DNA of 43,686 nt from Alphaproteobacteria bacterium (GCA_030427685.1 JAUIBB010000002.1:1-43686); one strand, 5' to 3'; shown: positions 1-11,540, numbered from the stretch's first letter. Numbers and translations: made by a program. The notes: a model not told the origin generated them from the sequence alone.

Positions 1-1384
1 CTATAACTTTGCCTTCGTTGCGCTAGGGAAGCACGACGAAACCTGGCTTGATTCTGAACCAACCTATGGTGAGGTGCTGGAAGTCATGCGCGAGAAGCGC
101 AAGTTGCCAGAGCAGGCAAACTTTAAAGCCTTTAAACAAACACAGCTTAAGCTCTTCACCACCCTGATCGAGCCGCAGGAAGAGTTCTTCTACCTGCCCG
201 ATGGTAAAACCCTGCGCGTGATTGCGATTCCGCATGCGCTTGGGGGGATTCTCTTCGTGTATGAAGATGTCACCGACCGTCTGGCATTGGAGCGTTCCTA
301 CAATACCCTGATTGCGGTGCAGCGCGAGACGCTGGATAGTCTGCATGACGGCGTTGTGGTGTTTGCTGAGAATGGGCGGCTGACGCTGAGCAACCCGGTC
401 TTCCGTGGTCTGTGGAATCTGGATGCCGATTTTATCGCAACGGAGCCACATCTGCGGGATGTTTTTGGTCGGTGCCGCGACTTTTTTGTGACGGAGGACT
501 GGCCGGGTTATCTCGATCGGCTATTGGCCCGATTCCAGACACGGCAGCTTTCCACGATGCGGTTTGAGCGTTCCGATGGGTCGGTGATTAATTGCTCCTG
601 CGTGCCTTTGCCCGATGGTGCGACGCTCCTGTCGTTCGCAGACATCACAGACTCCACGCTGGTGGAGCGTTCCCTGCGGGAGCGGGCCGAGGCGTTTGAA
701 ACCGCAGACCGGATGAAAACGGAGTTCCTCGCCAATACGTCTTACGAATTACGCTCGCCACTGACATCCATCTCAGGCTTTGCTGAAATGCTGGCACGTA
801 ATTATGCAGGACCACTAACGGATGCCCAGCGTGAATACGTGGATGGTATTTATCAGTCCTCGCAACATCTCGGCGCGCTGATTGGCGATATTATCGACCT
901 TGCGACGATCGAGGCAGGCTACCTGAAGCTGGATGTCCAGCCGTTTGCCATCCGTGCGGCAATCGATGCGGTGATTGCGTTGTTGCATACGCGCCTTGCT
1001 CTTGAAGATGTCGCGATTTCCGTCGATGTTGCATCGGATGTTGTGCAGCTTACGGCTGATGAGATGCGGGTGAAGCAGATCCTTGTCAACCTACTGACCA
1101 ATGCCGTGAAGCTAACAAAAGCACGCGGCAATATCAGCCTGAATGTTGTGCGGCAGGAGGATGGCGCCATTGCTATCCGCGTGCAGGATGATGGGGCAGG
1201 GTTGGATGAGGCGCGTGTCGCCCGGATGTTTGACCCATTCGCGCGTGGGGGTACCGCGCCGGGCAGTGACTCGATGTTGAGCCTGGGGCTGGTGAAGCGC
1301 TTTATGGAGTTGCATGGGGGCACTGTCTCGGTCATTTCCGAGCCAGAGGAAGGCACGGTGATTACCTGTGTGTTTCCTGCCTAG
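1..1384 (+). CDS. divL: PAS-domain histidine-kinase-family protein, DivL-like (phospho-acceptor His replaced by Tyr); 5' end cut by window edge
   Basis: Frame 2 is open from nt 2, with no stop before the GTG at 74, so the gene begins upstream of the window. The translation shows a PAS-like segment (LHDGVVVFAENGRLTLSNPVF). Its H-box is FLANTSYELRSPL, with Tyr (TAC 743-745) where HisKA proteins carry His. It also has an N-box LVNLLTNAVKLT, a G1 box VQDDGAGL and a G2-like LSLGLVKRFMELHGG. A Tyr-for-His H-box is the known hallmark of alphaproteobacterial DivL. Confidence 0.75.
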   Translation, partial: YNFAFVALGKHDETWLDSEPTYGEVLEVMREKRKLPEQANFKAFKQTQLKLFTTLIEPQEEFFYLPDGKTLRVIAIPHALGGILFVYEDVTDRLALERSYNTLIAVQRETLDSLHDGVVVFAENGRLTLSNPVFRGLWNLDADFIATEPHLRDVFGRCRDFFVTEDWPGYLDRLLARFQTRQLSTMRFERSDGSVINCSCVPLPDGATLLSFADITDSTLVERSLRERAEAFETADRMKTEFLANTSYELRSPLTSISGFAEMLARNYAGPLTDAQREYVDGIYQSSQHLGALIGDIIDLATIEAGYLKLDVQPFAIRAAIDAVIALLHTRLALEDVAISVDVASDVVQLTADEMRVKQILVNLLTNAVKLTKARGNISLNVVRQEDGAIAIRVQDDGAGLDEARVARMFDPFARGGTAPGSDSMLSLGLVKRFMELHGGTVSVISEPEEGTVITCVFPA

Positions 1385-2018
1385 GCGCGCTTTCGCCGGA
1401 GGGCTTTAGTTCAGGCACTGCCGCTGCCGCATAGGCTGCACCTGCCTGCGTTGCCGTTACTTTACTCATCGCGATACTGGGCTTCTTCTCTGCTGCTGCT
1501 TTTTCGGTCGTTCGGGAAAGCCGCGTGGATTTGAGTAATCTCATATCCTCGTCGGATGCATTTAATGCAGACTGGATAGCCTCATAATAGTGCGGTGCAA
1601 TTGGTGAGCCGATTTCCCACATCCGGACAAGGCCGGGGCTGACATAGATTGTTTCGGCCAGTTCTTTTCCGGGTTTCCCGGCTTGTGTTCGGAGTGCTCG
1701 TAACGCAAGGCCCCCACGTTTTTCGGGAGGGTTTTCTGCCAGCCAGACAGGGTCTAGCCCCTGAAGGGCAGGTGCTGCCCTTTTGCCAAAGCTCTCCGCC
1801 TCTTCCTGCGAAAGGTTGAGCGCTGCCGCCAGCATTTTGAGTCGGGCGGGGGTAATTCCGGCTATTCCTTTTTCCATCGCACAGATATTGGATCGGTCGA
1901 GGCCGATATCCTTGCCCAGCTGCCCCTGTGATTTCCCAGCGCGTAGCCGGTAGCTGCGCAGTTGCTCGCCGACCTCTCTGGCCTGCTCTGTATTGTTTTT
2001 TGAAATAACGCGCTCCAT
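1362..2018 (-). CDS. Transcriptional regulator with two tandem XRE-type helix-turn-helix domains
   Basis: This lies in ORF 1362..2132. I prefer the ATG at 2018 (MERVISKNN) because the GTG at 2132 would overlap the purU start. There are two HTH-like segments, LRSYRLRAGKSQGQLGKDIGLDRSNICAMEKG and LRALRTQAGKPGKELAETIYVSPGLVRMWEIG. The 3' end overlaps the divL stop by 23 nt (convergent). No clear SD. Confidence 0.65.
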   Translation of the reverse strand: MERVISKNNTEQAREVGEQLRSYRLRAGKSQGQLGKDIGLDRSNICAMEKGIAGITPARLKMLAAALNLSQEEAESFGKRAAPALQGLDPVWLAENPPEKRGGLALRALRTQAGKPGKELAETIYVSPGLVRMWEIGSPIAPHYYEAIQSALNASDEDMRLLKSTRLSRTTEKAAAEKKPSIAMSKVTATQAGAAYAAAAVPELKPSGESAPRQETHR

Positions 2019-2119
2019 TGGGCTGTGGAAGTGCCAATATAACCTATTTCCATGACGGTTTCGTGACGATGGGTGATTCTGGTTGAATCGAAGCAGTTTC
2101 CGCACTAAACAGCCGCCCC

Positions 2120-2971
2120 ATGAGCGATACACATTATATTTTGACGCTTTCCTGCGCCGACCGGCATGGGATTGTCGCGCGGGTGACGGGCTTTCTTGCG
2201 GAGCATGGGGGCTTCATCGTGGAGTCAACCCAGTTCGGTGATGCTTCCACGCGCCAATTCTTTATGCGCGTCCAGTTCCGGGCGGCATCGGAGCGCGATG
2301 TGCTGTGCCAGCAATTCCAATCCAGCGTGGCCGAACAGTTCGCCATGGTGTGGGAGATTGTTGATGCATCGGTGCGGCCACGGGTGTTGATTCTGGTTTC
2401 CAAGCAGCTGCACTGCATCAATGACCTGCTCTACCGCGCGCGGACGGATCGGCTTAAGATCGACATCCCGGCGGTGATTAGTAACCATAATGATGCGCGT
2501 GGTATTGTGGAGTGGAGCGGTATTCCCTACCATCATTTCCCCACGACGCCGGATAATAAGCCTGAAGTTGAGCAGCAAATCCGTGCTGTTATTGAGGCCG
2601 AGCGGATTGATCTGGTTGTGCTGGCGCGTTACATGCAGATCCTCAGCCCCGCATTCTGCGAAGAGTTGCGTGGCCGGGCGATCAACATCCACCATTCGTT
2701 CCTGCCTAGCTTTAAAGGGGCAAAGCCTTACCATCAGGCGCATGCGCGCGGGGTGAAGCTAATTGGGGCTACCGCCCATTTCGTAACGGATGACCTTGAT
2801 GAAGGGCCGATTATCGATCAGGAAGTCCAGCGGGTAGACCACAGCTACACACCCGGTGCACTTGCGGAGGTGGGGCAGGACATCGAGGCGCTGGTGCTGG
2901 CACGCGCCGTTCAGTATGTCACCGAACAGCGCGTATTGCTAAATGCGCATAAGACTGTTGTCTTTAAATAG
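2120..2971 (+). CDS. purU: Formyltetrahydrofolate deformylase
   Basis: 283 aa. An N-terminal ACT domain (YILTLSCADRHGIVARVTGFLAEHGGFIVES) is followed by a formyltransferase domain (NIHHSFLPSFKGAKPYHQA, ATAHFVTDDLDEGPII). Confidence 0.93.
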   Translation: MSDTHYILTLSCADRHGIVARVTGFLAEHGGFIVESTQFGDASTRQFFMRVQFRAASERDVLCQQFQSSVAEQFAMVWEIVDASVRPRVLILVSKQLHCINDLLYRARTDRLKIDIPAVISNHNDARGIVEWSGIPYHHFPTTPDNKPEVEQQIRAVIEAERIDLVVLARYMQILSPAFCEELRGRAINIHHSFLPSFKGAKPYHQAHARGVKLIGATAHFVTDDLDEGPIIDQEVQRVDHSYTPGALAEVGQDIEALVLARAVQYVTEQRVLLNAHKTVVFK

Positions 2972-3263
2972 CGTAGAACCAGCTATATAACGCATTCCGA
3001 ATGAAATGCAGCAGGAGCAGGAATAGAACGGGCGAGAGGTCAAGCCCGTTCATATTCGGCAGTAAGCGTGCCAGCCAGCGGCGGATCGGGCGCAGCATTG
3101 GCTCAAAGAATTGCGAGAGGGCCGCGTAAACCCGGTTGACAAGAGGGTTGTAGCGATTCACAATATCGAAATGCACCAGTAGTCCGAGCACAATCCACAC
3201 CATCAGTGCCAGATTGATTAATGAAATAACGTTGTTAATCAGGTCGATAAAAGGATTTAACAT
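2964..3263 (-). CDS. yggT: YggT-family small membrane protein
   Basis: 99 aa with hydrophobic termini and the family-typical core FFEPMLRPIRRWLARLLPNMNGLDLSPVLFLLLL. The 3' end overlaps purU by 8 nt (convergent). Confidence 0.8.
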   Translation of the reverse strand: MLNPFIDLINNVISLINLALMVWIVLGLLVHFDIVNRYNPLVNRVYAALSQFFEPMLRPIRRWLARLLPNMNGLDLSPVLFLLLLHFIRNALYSWFYAI

Positions 3264-3436
3264 GGTGTTGCGTTTTCTCCTTGTCAGTTGATGTATTATT
3301 GCTTATAATGTAGCTATGATAATGTATCAAGCAACAGATAGTTGTGCGGGCATTATTTACGGCGGCTGGCAATCAGACGTCGAAACGCAAGACCAAACAT
3401 CGGTTTAGAAGGTACTCTAAACTTTGGAGCTGCACC

Positions 3437-4267
3437 ATGACGGTAACAACATCATTGCTAGCTGCGGGCATTACACGCAGTATAGGGGACCAGAGCAATA
3501 AGCTCTCGGCTGTTCTCAACAATAAACCTATCGCTAGTACGACGAAGTCTAGCGCACCGGTAGAGAGTGCGCAGGTTCAGGTCGACGCCGCCGCGATCGA
3601 GCAGCATCCGCCGCTCAACCTGCGTGTCGACTCGCTGAGCATTGCTTACGTCGGCGGCCAGACGGATACGCTGGACAGTGGCGCGACGCAGGTTTCACGC
3701 TTGCTCGACCAACTGCAAAGCCTCGCAACCCGTGCAAGCCTCGGTGGCTTGAGCGACTCTGCGCTGGTATTGCTGAATGGTCAGTTTCAGGCGCTGCGCT
3801 TGTCGATCAGTAATGTTCCGCCATCGCCTCCAGGGGTACAAGAGGTCTCCGGCCTGTTGGCAGAGATCCCGGGTGGACTGGATTCCGAGTTGGGACAAGA
3901 AGCCATCGCCCAGAAGCTGACGGTTGGTAACTTCAACAACGATAAAGTGCTGCTTGGGGATGCGAACCTGAAGACGCAGGCTGCTGCACAGCAGGCGGTT
4001 GAAACGGTTGCTGCCGCCCAGCAGATCGTAAGCGCTGAAAGCGCGTTGATTGGCCGGGTGAAAGAAGTGGCAGATTTTGCGGCTGCTTCAGCAGACACAG
4101 CAGTTCAGAACCAGAGCGCGCTTCGTTCGACGCTGAGCGAGAGTGATCTCGGTGCGCAGGACGTGAATGCAGCATCGCTGCAAGCACTGCTTCAGTCGCA
4201 GTCTGACGCGGCCCGTGCCGTACAGACCAGCAAGCTGCCAAGCAACGTACTGCAACTGCTCTCCTAG
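3437..4267 (+). CDS. Divergent flagellin-like protein (flagellin N- and C-terminal helical segments recognisable)
   Basis: The ATG at 3437 is preceded by GGAG at 3426-3429, and the ORF-track start at 3344 looks like an artefactual extension. The C-terminus AVETVAAAQQIVSAESALIGRVKEVADF...NQSALRSTLSESDLGAQDVNAASLQALLQSQSDAARAVQTSKLPSNVLQLLS follows the flagellin C-terminal pattern, including its hallmark ending ...P..VL.LL. The segment ATQVSRLLDQLQSLATRASLGGLSDSALVLLNGQFQALRLSISNV resembles the flagellin N-domain helix. The usual RLSSGxRIN motif is not recognisable. Confidence 0.5.
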   Translation: MTVTTSLLAAGITRSIGDQSNKLSAVLNNKPIASTTKSSAPVESAQVQVDAAAIEQHPPLNLRVDSLSIAYVGGQTDTLDSGATQVSRLLDQLQSLATRASLGGLSDSALVLLNGQFQALRLSISNVPPSPPGVQEVSGLLAEIPGGLDSELGQEAIAQKLTVGNFNNDKVLLGDANLKTQAAAQQAVETVAAAQQIVSAESALIGRVKEVADFAAASADTAVQNQSALRSTLSESDLGAQDVNAASLQALLQSQSDAARAVQTSKLPSNVLQLLS

Positions 4268-4297
4268 TCAAACGCTGATTTTTAGGTCTTCCTAACG

Positions 4298-4326
4298 CTG
4301 CGATTCTGTCGCAGTGCCTTTTTTTG
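4298..4326 (+). terminator. Weak rho-independent terminator after the flagellin-like gene
   Basis: The stem is ctgcga (4298-4303) paired with tcgcag (4309-4314), with a 5-nt loop, followed by tgcc and a T-run at 4319-4325. Confidence 0.4.
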
Positions 4327-4379
4327 TTTGCTGGAATCTCTGGCAGATGCGTGCCTGTTGCCGGGAGTGCGATCAAGAT

Positions 4380-4404
4380 AAAAAAAACACCGGTTTCCCG
4401 GTGT
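4380..4404 (-). terminator. Rho-independent terminator for the minus-strand gene ending at 4425
   Basis: A perfect 7-bp stem acaccgg (4387-4393) / ccggtgt (4398-4404) has a 4-nt loop. On the minus strand it is followed by a run of 8 U (A-run 4380-4387 on plus). Confidence 0.65.
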
Positions 4405-4424
4405 TAAATCGCCATCACTGTGTT

Positions 4425-4805
4425 TTAGCTTCTCAGCGCCTCTATGTCGCGCTGGAGGGGCCAAACAAGCGTGCTGCCTATTGCTGTGGCCATGGCCACC
4501 AGCACGAATGCACCGAGAAAGCGTGCCAGAGGGCCTAGTTGGACCTCTGGCAGTGCCGCCACTAATACTGCCATTGCTAGCAGTATTAATGCTCTTACCG
4601 CGTAGAAGTTTCGCCGCGGTATTTTTGCATTTAGGAGGTGGTTAATCACCTCCGCATCGCTTGGGCTGGCAAGGCCAGCCGCGATGGCTGCGAGCTTGGC
4701 CTCGGGACTGTTAGGATCAGTCTCGTTGCCAACTACCATCTCTGGCTTTGGGAGTGTTTCCCTGTACTCCGCCATGAGCTGGTGCTTCAGTTTTCTTCTA
4801 TCCAT
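4425..4805 (-). CDS. Hypothetical small membrane protein (soluble N-terminal half, two predicted TM helices at the C-terminus)
   Basis: This lies in ORF 4425..4859. The ATG at 4805 (MDRRKLKHQL) is preferred because the TTG at 4859 lies inside a hairpin. The TM-like segments are AVRALILLAMAVLVAALP and LARFLGAFVLVAMATAIGSTLVW. No SD is visible and I recognise no family. Confidence 0.45.
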   Translation of the reverse strand: MDRRKLKHQLMAEYRETLPKPEMVVGNETDPNSPEAKLAAIAAGLASPSDAEVINHLLNAKIPRRNFYAVRALILLAMAVLVAALPEVQLGPLARFLGAFVLVAMATAIGSTLVWPLQRDIEALRS

Positions 4806-4817
4806 AATTCTGGATTT

Positions 4818-4866
4818 AAAAAAGTGAGCAAAAAACCCCTTGAAGCAAGCGCGCCGCAAGAGGGGT
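4818..4866 (-). terminator. Terminator-like GC hairpin plus U-tracts immediately upstream of the 4805 start codon (gltA terminator, sRNA end or attenuator)
   Basis: The minus strand reads agaccccucuug cggcgcgcuugcuu caagggg UUUUUUgcucacUUUUUU. The arms are 4836-4842 and 4857-4865 (4 GC pairs plus AU pairs, with bulges). The U-runs correspond to the plus-strand A-runs 4830-4835 and 4818-4823. Confidence 0.45.
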
Positions 4867-5131
4867 CTAGGTATCCGTAGGAAACGACAGCAGTCGCTGG
4901 GTTTTATACAAATACAAAGGCCAGATTAAATTCTATCAACTTTTCTTTATTTTTGTATGACGGTTTGATGAAAATGGCTGCTAGTCCTGATTTTTCATAT
5001 CTAATCAGATGGTTGTAAGGATGTTTGCGCGGCTTTTTGCTCCCAGCCCTGGAAGGGGGTGGGGGTGTGTTGCGCTGTCAGCAAGAGGGGTAGGCGCCCT
5101 CGGTGGCTGAAACGTATTCGGATAGTGCGCT

Positions 5132-6568
5132 TTATTTGCGTTTGTCGAGCGGGACGAACTTGCGGGCGGCAGAGCCAACATAGAGCTGCCGTGGGCGCCC
5201 GATTTTCATCGCAGGATCCTCGATCATCTCTTTCCACTGCGCTACCCAGCCGGCGGTACGGGCAACGGCGAACAGCACCGTAAACAGCGAGGTTGGGATG
5301 CCCAGTGCGCGATAGATGATGCCGGAGTAGAAGTCGACGTTCGGGTACAGCTTGCGCTCGATGAAATACTCATCGTTCAGGGCAATTTTTTCGAGTTCCA
5401 TCGCGATCTTCAGCAATGGCTCATCCAGTTGGCCCAGCTCCTTCAGTACATCGTGGCAGGACTTGCGCAGGACGGCTGCGCGTGGATCGTAGTTTTTATA
5501 CACGCGGTGACCAAAGCCCATCAGGCGGAAATTGTCGTTTTTATCTTTCGCGCGCTTGATGAAGTGTGGGATATTTTTGATGTCACCAATTTCGGTCAGC
5601 ATCTCGATCACGGCTTCGTTCGCACCGCCATGGGCAGGCCCCCAGAGCGAGGCGATTCCCGCACCAAGGCAGGCAAATGGGTTGGCCCCCGAAGAGCCAG
5701 AGAGGCGCACGGTCGAGGTCGATGCGTTTTGCTCATGATCGGCATGCAGGATGAAGATCTTTTCCATCGCATCGGCAATGACCGGATTAACCTTGTAGGC
5801 CTCACATGGGGTCGCGAACATCATGTGCAGGAAGTTCTCGCAGAAGCCGAGGTCGTTGCTTGGATACATGAAGGGCTGGCCCACGGAGTATTTGTAGCAC
5901 ATGGCCGCCAGCGTTGGCATTTTGGCGATGATGCGTAGCATCGCCAGCTCGCGCTGCTCGGGATCCTGGATGTCGAGCGAATCGTGGTAGAACGCTGACA
6001 GCGATGCAACCGAGCCGACCATGATGGCCATCGGGTGCGCCCGGCGTGGGAAGCCGCGATAGAGGAACTGCAACTGCTCATGCACCATGGTGTGGCGGTT
6101 GATGGTATATTCAAACCAATTTTTCTGCTGTTTGTTTGGCAGGTTGCCGTAGTTCAGCAGGTAGGCGGTTTCAAGGAAGTTGGCTTTTGATGCAAGGTCA
6201 TCAATGTCATATCCACGGTAGCGCAGGATTCCCTTATCGCCGTCAATGAAGGTGATTTCCGAATCGCAGCTGGCCGTCGAGAGGAAGCCGGGGTCAAAGG
6301 TGAAATGTCCGGTGGTCGCATAGAGCTTCGAGATGTCGATAACGCTCGCGCCGTCTACCGGCTTGTAGATTGGGAACTCAACGGGCTTGCCGCCATCGAC
6401 GCTCAGTTTAGCCGAACCGGTGCGCTTGAAGCGTGACGCCTGATCCTTGCGGGTTGCCTGTAATTTGGCAGGGCGTTGCGGGCAGGTGCTTTGCGCCCGT
6501 GCGCGTGCAGGCTGTTTCTTTTTTGCAGGCTTTGCTTTGCTTTTTGGTTTAACGGCAGCTTTAGCCAT
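5132..6568 (-). CDS. gltA: Citrate synthase with a 47-aa Lys/Ala/Pro-rich N-terminal extension
   Basis: The ATG at 6568 is preceded by AGGAG (gaAGGAGcgcatcATG). Core motifs are [46 protein letters not shown] and [14 protein letters not shown]. The N-terminus reads [26 protein letters not shown]. Confidence 0.93.
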   Translation of the reverse strand: MAKAAVKPKSKAKPAKKKQPARARAQSTCPQRPAKLQATRKDQASRFKRTGSAKLSVDGGKPVEFPIYKPVDGASVIDISKLYATTGHFTFDPGFLSTASCDSEITFIDGDKGILRYRGYDIDDLASKANFLETAYLLNYGNLPNKQQKNWFEYTINRHTMVHEQLQFLYRGFPRRAHPMAIMVGSVASLSAFYHDSLDIQDPEQRELAMLRIIAKMPTLAAMCYKYSVGQPFMYPSNDLGFCENFLHMMFATPCEAYKVNPVIADAMEKIFILHADHEQNASTSTVRLSGSSGANPFACLGAGIASLWGPAHGGANEAVIEMLTEIGDIKNIPHFIKRAKDKNDNFRLMGFGHRVYKNYDPRAAVLRKSCHDVLKELGQLDEPLLKIAMELEKIALNDEYFIERKLYPNVDFYSGIIYRALGIPTSLFTVLFAVARTAGWVAQWKEMIEDPAMKIGRPRQLYVGSAARKFVPLDKRK

Positions 6569-6643
6569 GATGCGCTCCTTCAAAGATTGAATCCGCCAAC
6601 GCTAGTCATGCTGATGTGCGCGGTCAATCTCCGTTTCAACCAT

Positions 6644-9672
<3,029 letters not shown>

Positions 9673-9673
<1 letters not shown>

Positions 9674-10194
9674 TGGAGGCGAACTGGGTAGAAAGCCTTA
9701 CCGCGGTCTCAACTTTTGCTACTGCAATAGTAGTCATTGGACAGGCTCGTGAGGCTCGGTGTCGAATTGATGTCAAATTAGATCATGCCTATTCGCCTGA
9801 TTTAGTAATTGAGATCTTCAATCTCAGCGGAAGAAGAATAACCATCAAAGAGATTAATTACGTATTTAGAAAACCATTACGTTTGTTGTCGTATATGGAA
9901 TTAGGCGTACGCCGATTTTCATCTTTTTCGATTGAAGATGGGGACAAGTTTGAAAATGCTTATTCTATTTTGCAAGGAGCTGGTGGCCCTCAAAAAAAGC
10001 ATGATTGGAGAGATTTGTTTCGACTGAAAATCGTGCTCGCAAACGGCAAGCGATTTAGCTTTAAAATTCCTAAGAAAGTAAAAATATTCCTTTCTGCCAA
10101 TGAAGCATATTTTGCTGATTCATCGTGGAGTGGGTATTCGACTCCAAGTTATGGCGAATTTATGGAGAAAAAAACGAAAGAAAGAATAAAATGA
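9673..10194 (+). CDS. Hypothetical protein, AT-rich ORFan with an N-terminal TM/anchor helix
   Basis: The ATG at 9673 shares its A with the thiC TGA (TGATG). The hydrophobic segment SLTAVSTFATAIVVIG is followed by a Lys/Phe/Ile-rich domain. I recognise no family. The base composition differs strongly from the neighbouring genes. Confidence 0.5.
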
Positions 10195-10234
10195 GAATAA
10201 TTGCTCCGATAGCCAATATCACTAATGCTAGCAA

Positions 10235-11152
10235 ATGATCCTCCTCACCCGCACCCCCTACACCCCGCCACCCTACGCGTGGATGGAAGAAAACCGTGCC
10301 CTGATGGAGGGGACGACGGAGGCGTCGTATAAGGCCAGCGTGGCGAACCTGAAGGGGCTCTCCGGGATGGATGTCTCGGCGATTACCTATGACAGCGATG
10401 GGCTGGCGGTGACGGGGGTTGAGGTGTTGCCCCAGTTAAACCACGCGGAGCGTGTGCCGCTGCTGATTTATAACCGGGGCGGCAGCGGCAATTATGGGAT
10501 GCTCAGCCCCGGCCAGATTACGGTGCTGATGGCGCCGTTCGTGCAGCGGATGCGCGTGGGCGTGCTCGCCAGCAACTATCGCGGCAATGGCGGCAGCGAG
10601 GGGCAGGAGCAATTCGGCGGCGCGGATGTGGCGGATGTGCTGAACCTGATCGCCCTCGGCAAATCGCAGCCCTGGTGGGACGGTAAAAACATCTTCATGC
10701 TCGGCTGGTCGCGCGGGGGCATGATGACCTGCCAGGCGATGGCAGAAGGCGCGCAGCTGAGTGCGGCGGCGATCGGCGCGGGGCTGTTCGATGCGGCGGC
10801 AAACCTCGCCGCACGGCCACCGATGGAGCGGGTGTTTAACCGCTTCATCGCAGGGTTCGAGCAGAGCCGCGAGGAGGTGCTGCGCGTGCGCTCGGCGGTG
10901 TGCTGGCCGGAGAAAATTACCGCGCCGCTGCTCATCATGCATGGCGATGCGGACGCGGTAGTGGATGTCGCCGGCGCGCGGGAACTCTATGCCAAGCTCG
11001 ACGCGCTGGGGCGTGACGTGAAGTATGTAGAATATGTAGGCGGCGACCACGCGCTGCGCAAGCACTGGAAGCTGTGGATGGAGGAAACCGTGCGCTGGTT
11101 TGAGGCGCATCGGGTGGCGAGTTCGGCAGATGTGGCCTCGCACGTGTCCTAG
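10235..11152 (+). CDS. Alpha/beta hydrolase, S9 prolyl-oligopeptidase / dienelactone-hydrolase-like
   Basis: It has the nucleophile elbow GWSRGGMMT, the acid-loop region LLIMHGDADAVVDV and the His motif GGDHAL. Confidence 0.8.
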   Translation: MILLTRTPYTPPPYAWMEENRALMEGTTEASYKASVANLKGLSGMDVSAITYDSDGLAVTGVEVLPQLNHAERVPLLIYNRGGSGNYGMLSPGQITVLMAPFVQRMRVGVLASNYRGNGGSEGQEQFGGADVADVLNLIALGKSQPWWDGKNIFMLGWSRGGMMTCQAMAEGAQLSAAAIGAGLFDAAANLAARPPMERVFNRFIAGFEQSREEVLRVRSAVCWPEKITAPLLIMHGDADAVVDVAGARELYAKLDALGRDVKYVEYVGGDHALRKHWKLWMEETVRWFEAHRVASSADVASHVS

Positions 11153-11261
11153 TTCTGCCATGCAGAACATTACGAACTCTTAACGTGGATTTCAGGTTGG
11201 CTTCACCTTGGCTTGTTACAAGGGCGGCAAGAACAACCACGTACCATGTAGGAGTTCCCGT

Positions 11262-11540
11262 ATGCGAAATATCGTGATGTCCGTTGTGGCGCTTAGTGCG
11301 CTTGCCGCTGCACCGGCACAGGCCGGAAGCAGCTTTCACCTTTCCATTATTTCGGCCCCGCCGCCCGTGGTCTATACGCCGCGGCCCGTCGTTGCCTATT
11401 ACGCACCTGCCCCGATTTATGCGTCGCCGCGGCCTCTGCGCTATGGGCACCGGTATTTTGCGCGCAACCGGCACCCTCTGAGGGCGCATGGCTATGCGGT
11501 GGCATGGGACGATCATTGCGCTGGCCGTGGTCGGCGCTAA
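11262..11540 (+). CDS. Small secreted proline-rich protein (PxPV-repeat-like)
   Basis: The ATG at 11262 is preceded by AGGAG at 11250-11254. The signal peptide is MRNIVMSVVALSALAAAPAQA. The mature part reads SAPPPVVYTPRPVVAYYAPAPIYASPRP. Confidence 0.55.
   Translation: MRNIVMSVVALSALAAAPAQAGSSFHLSIISAPPPVVYTPRPVVAYYAPAPIYASPRPLRYGHRYFARNRHPLRAHGYAVAWDDHCAGRGRR

Noticed and set aside
5051-5092. G-runs on the plus strand (ggaagggggtgggggtgtgt...gagggg) considered as a G-quadruplex.
   Set aside because: Only two long G-runs are adjacent. The third run is about 21 nt away and the fourth is GG only, so the canonical G3+N1-7 pattern is not met. The C-rich complement as an RNA motif is the more useful reading (see findings).
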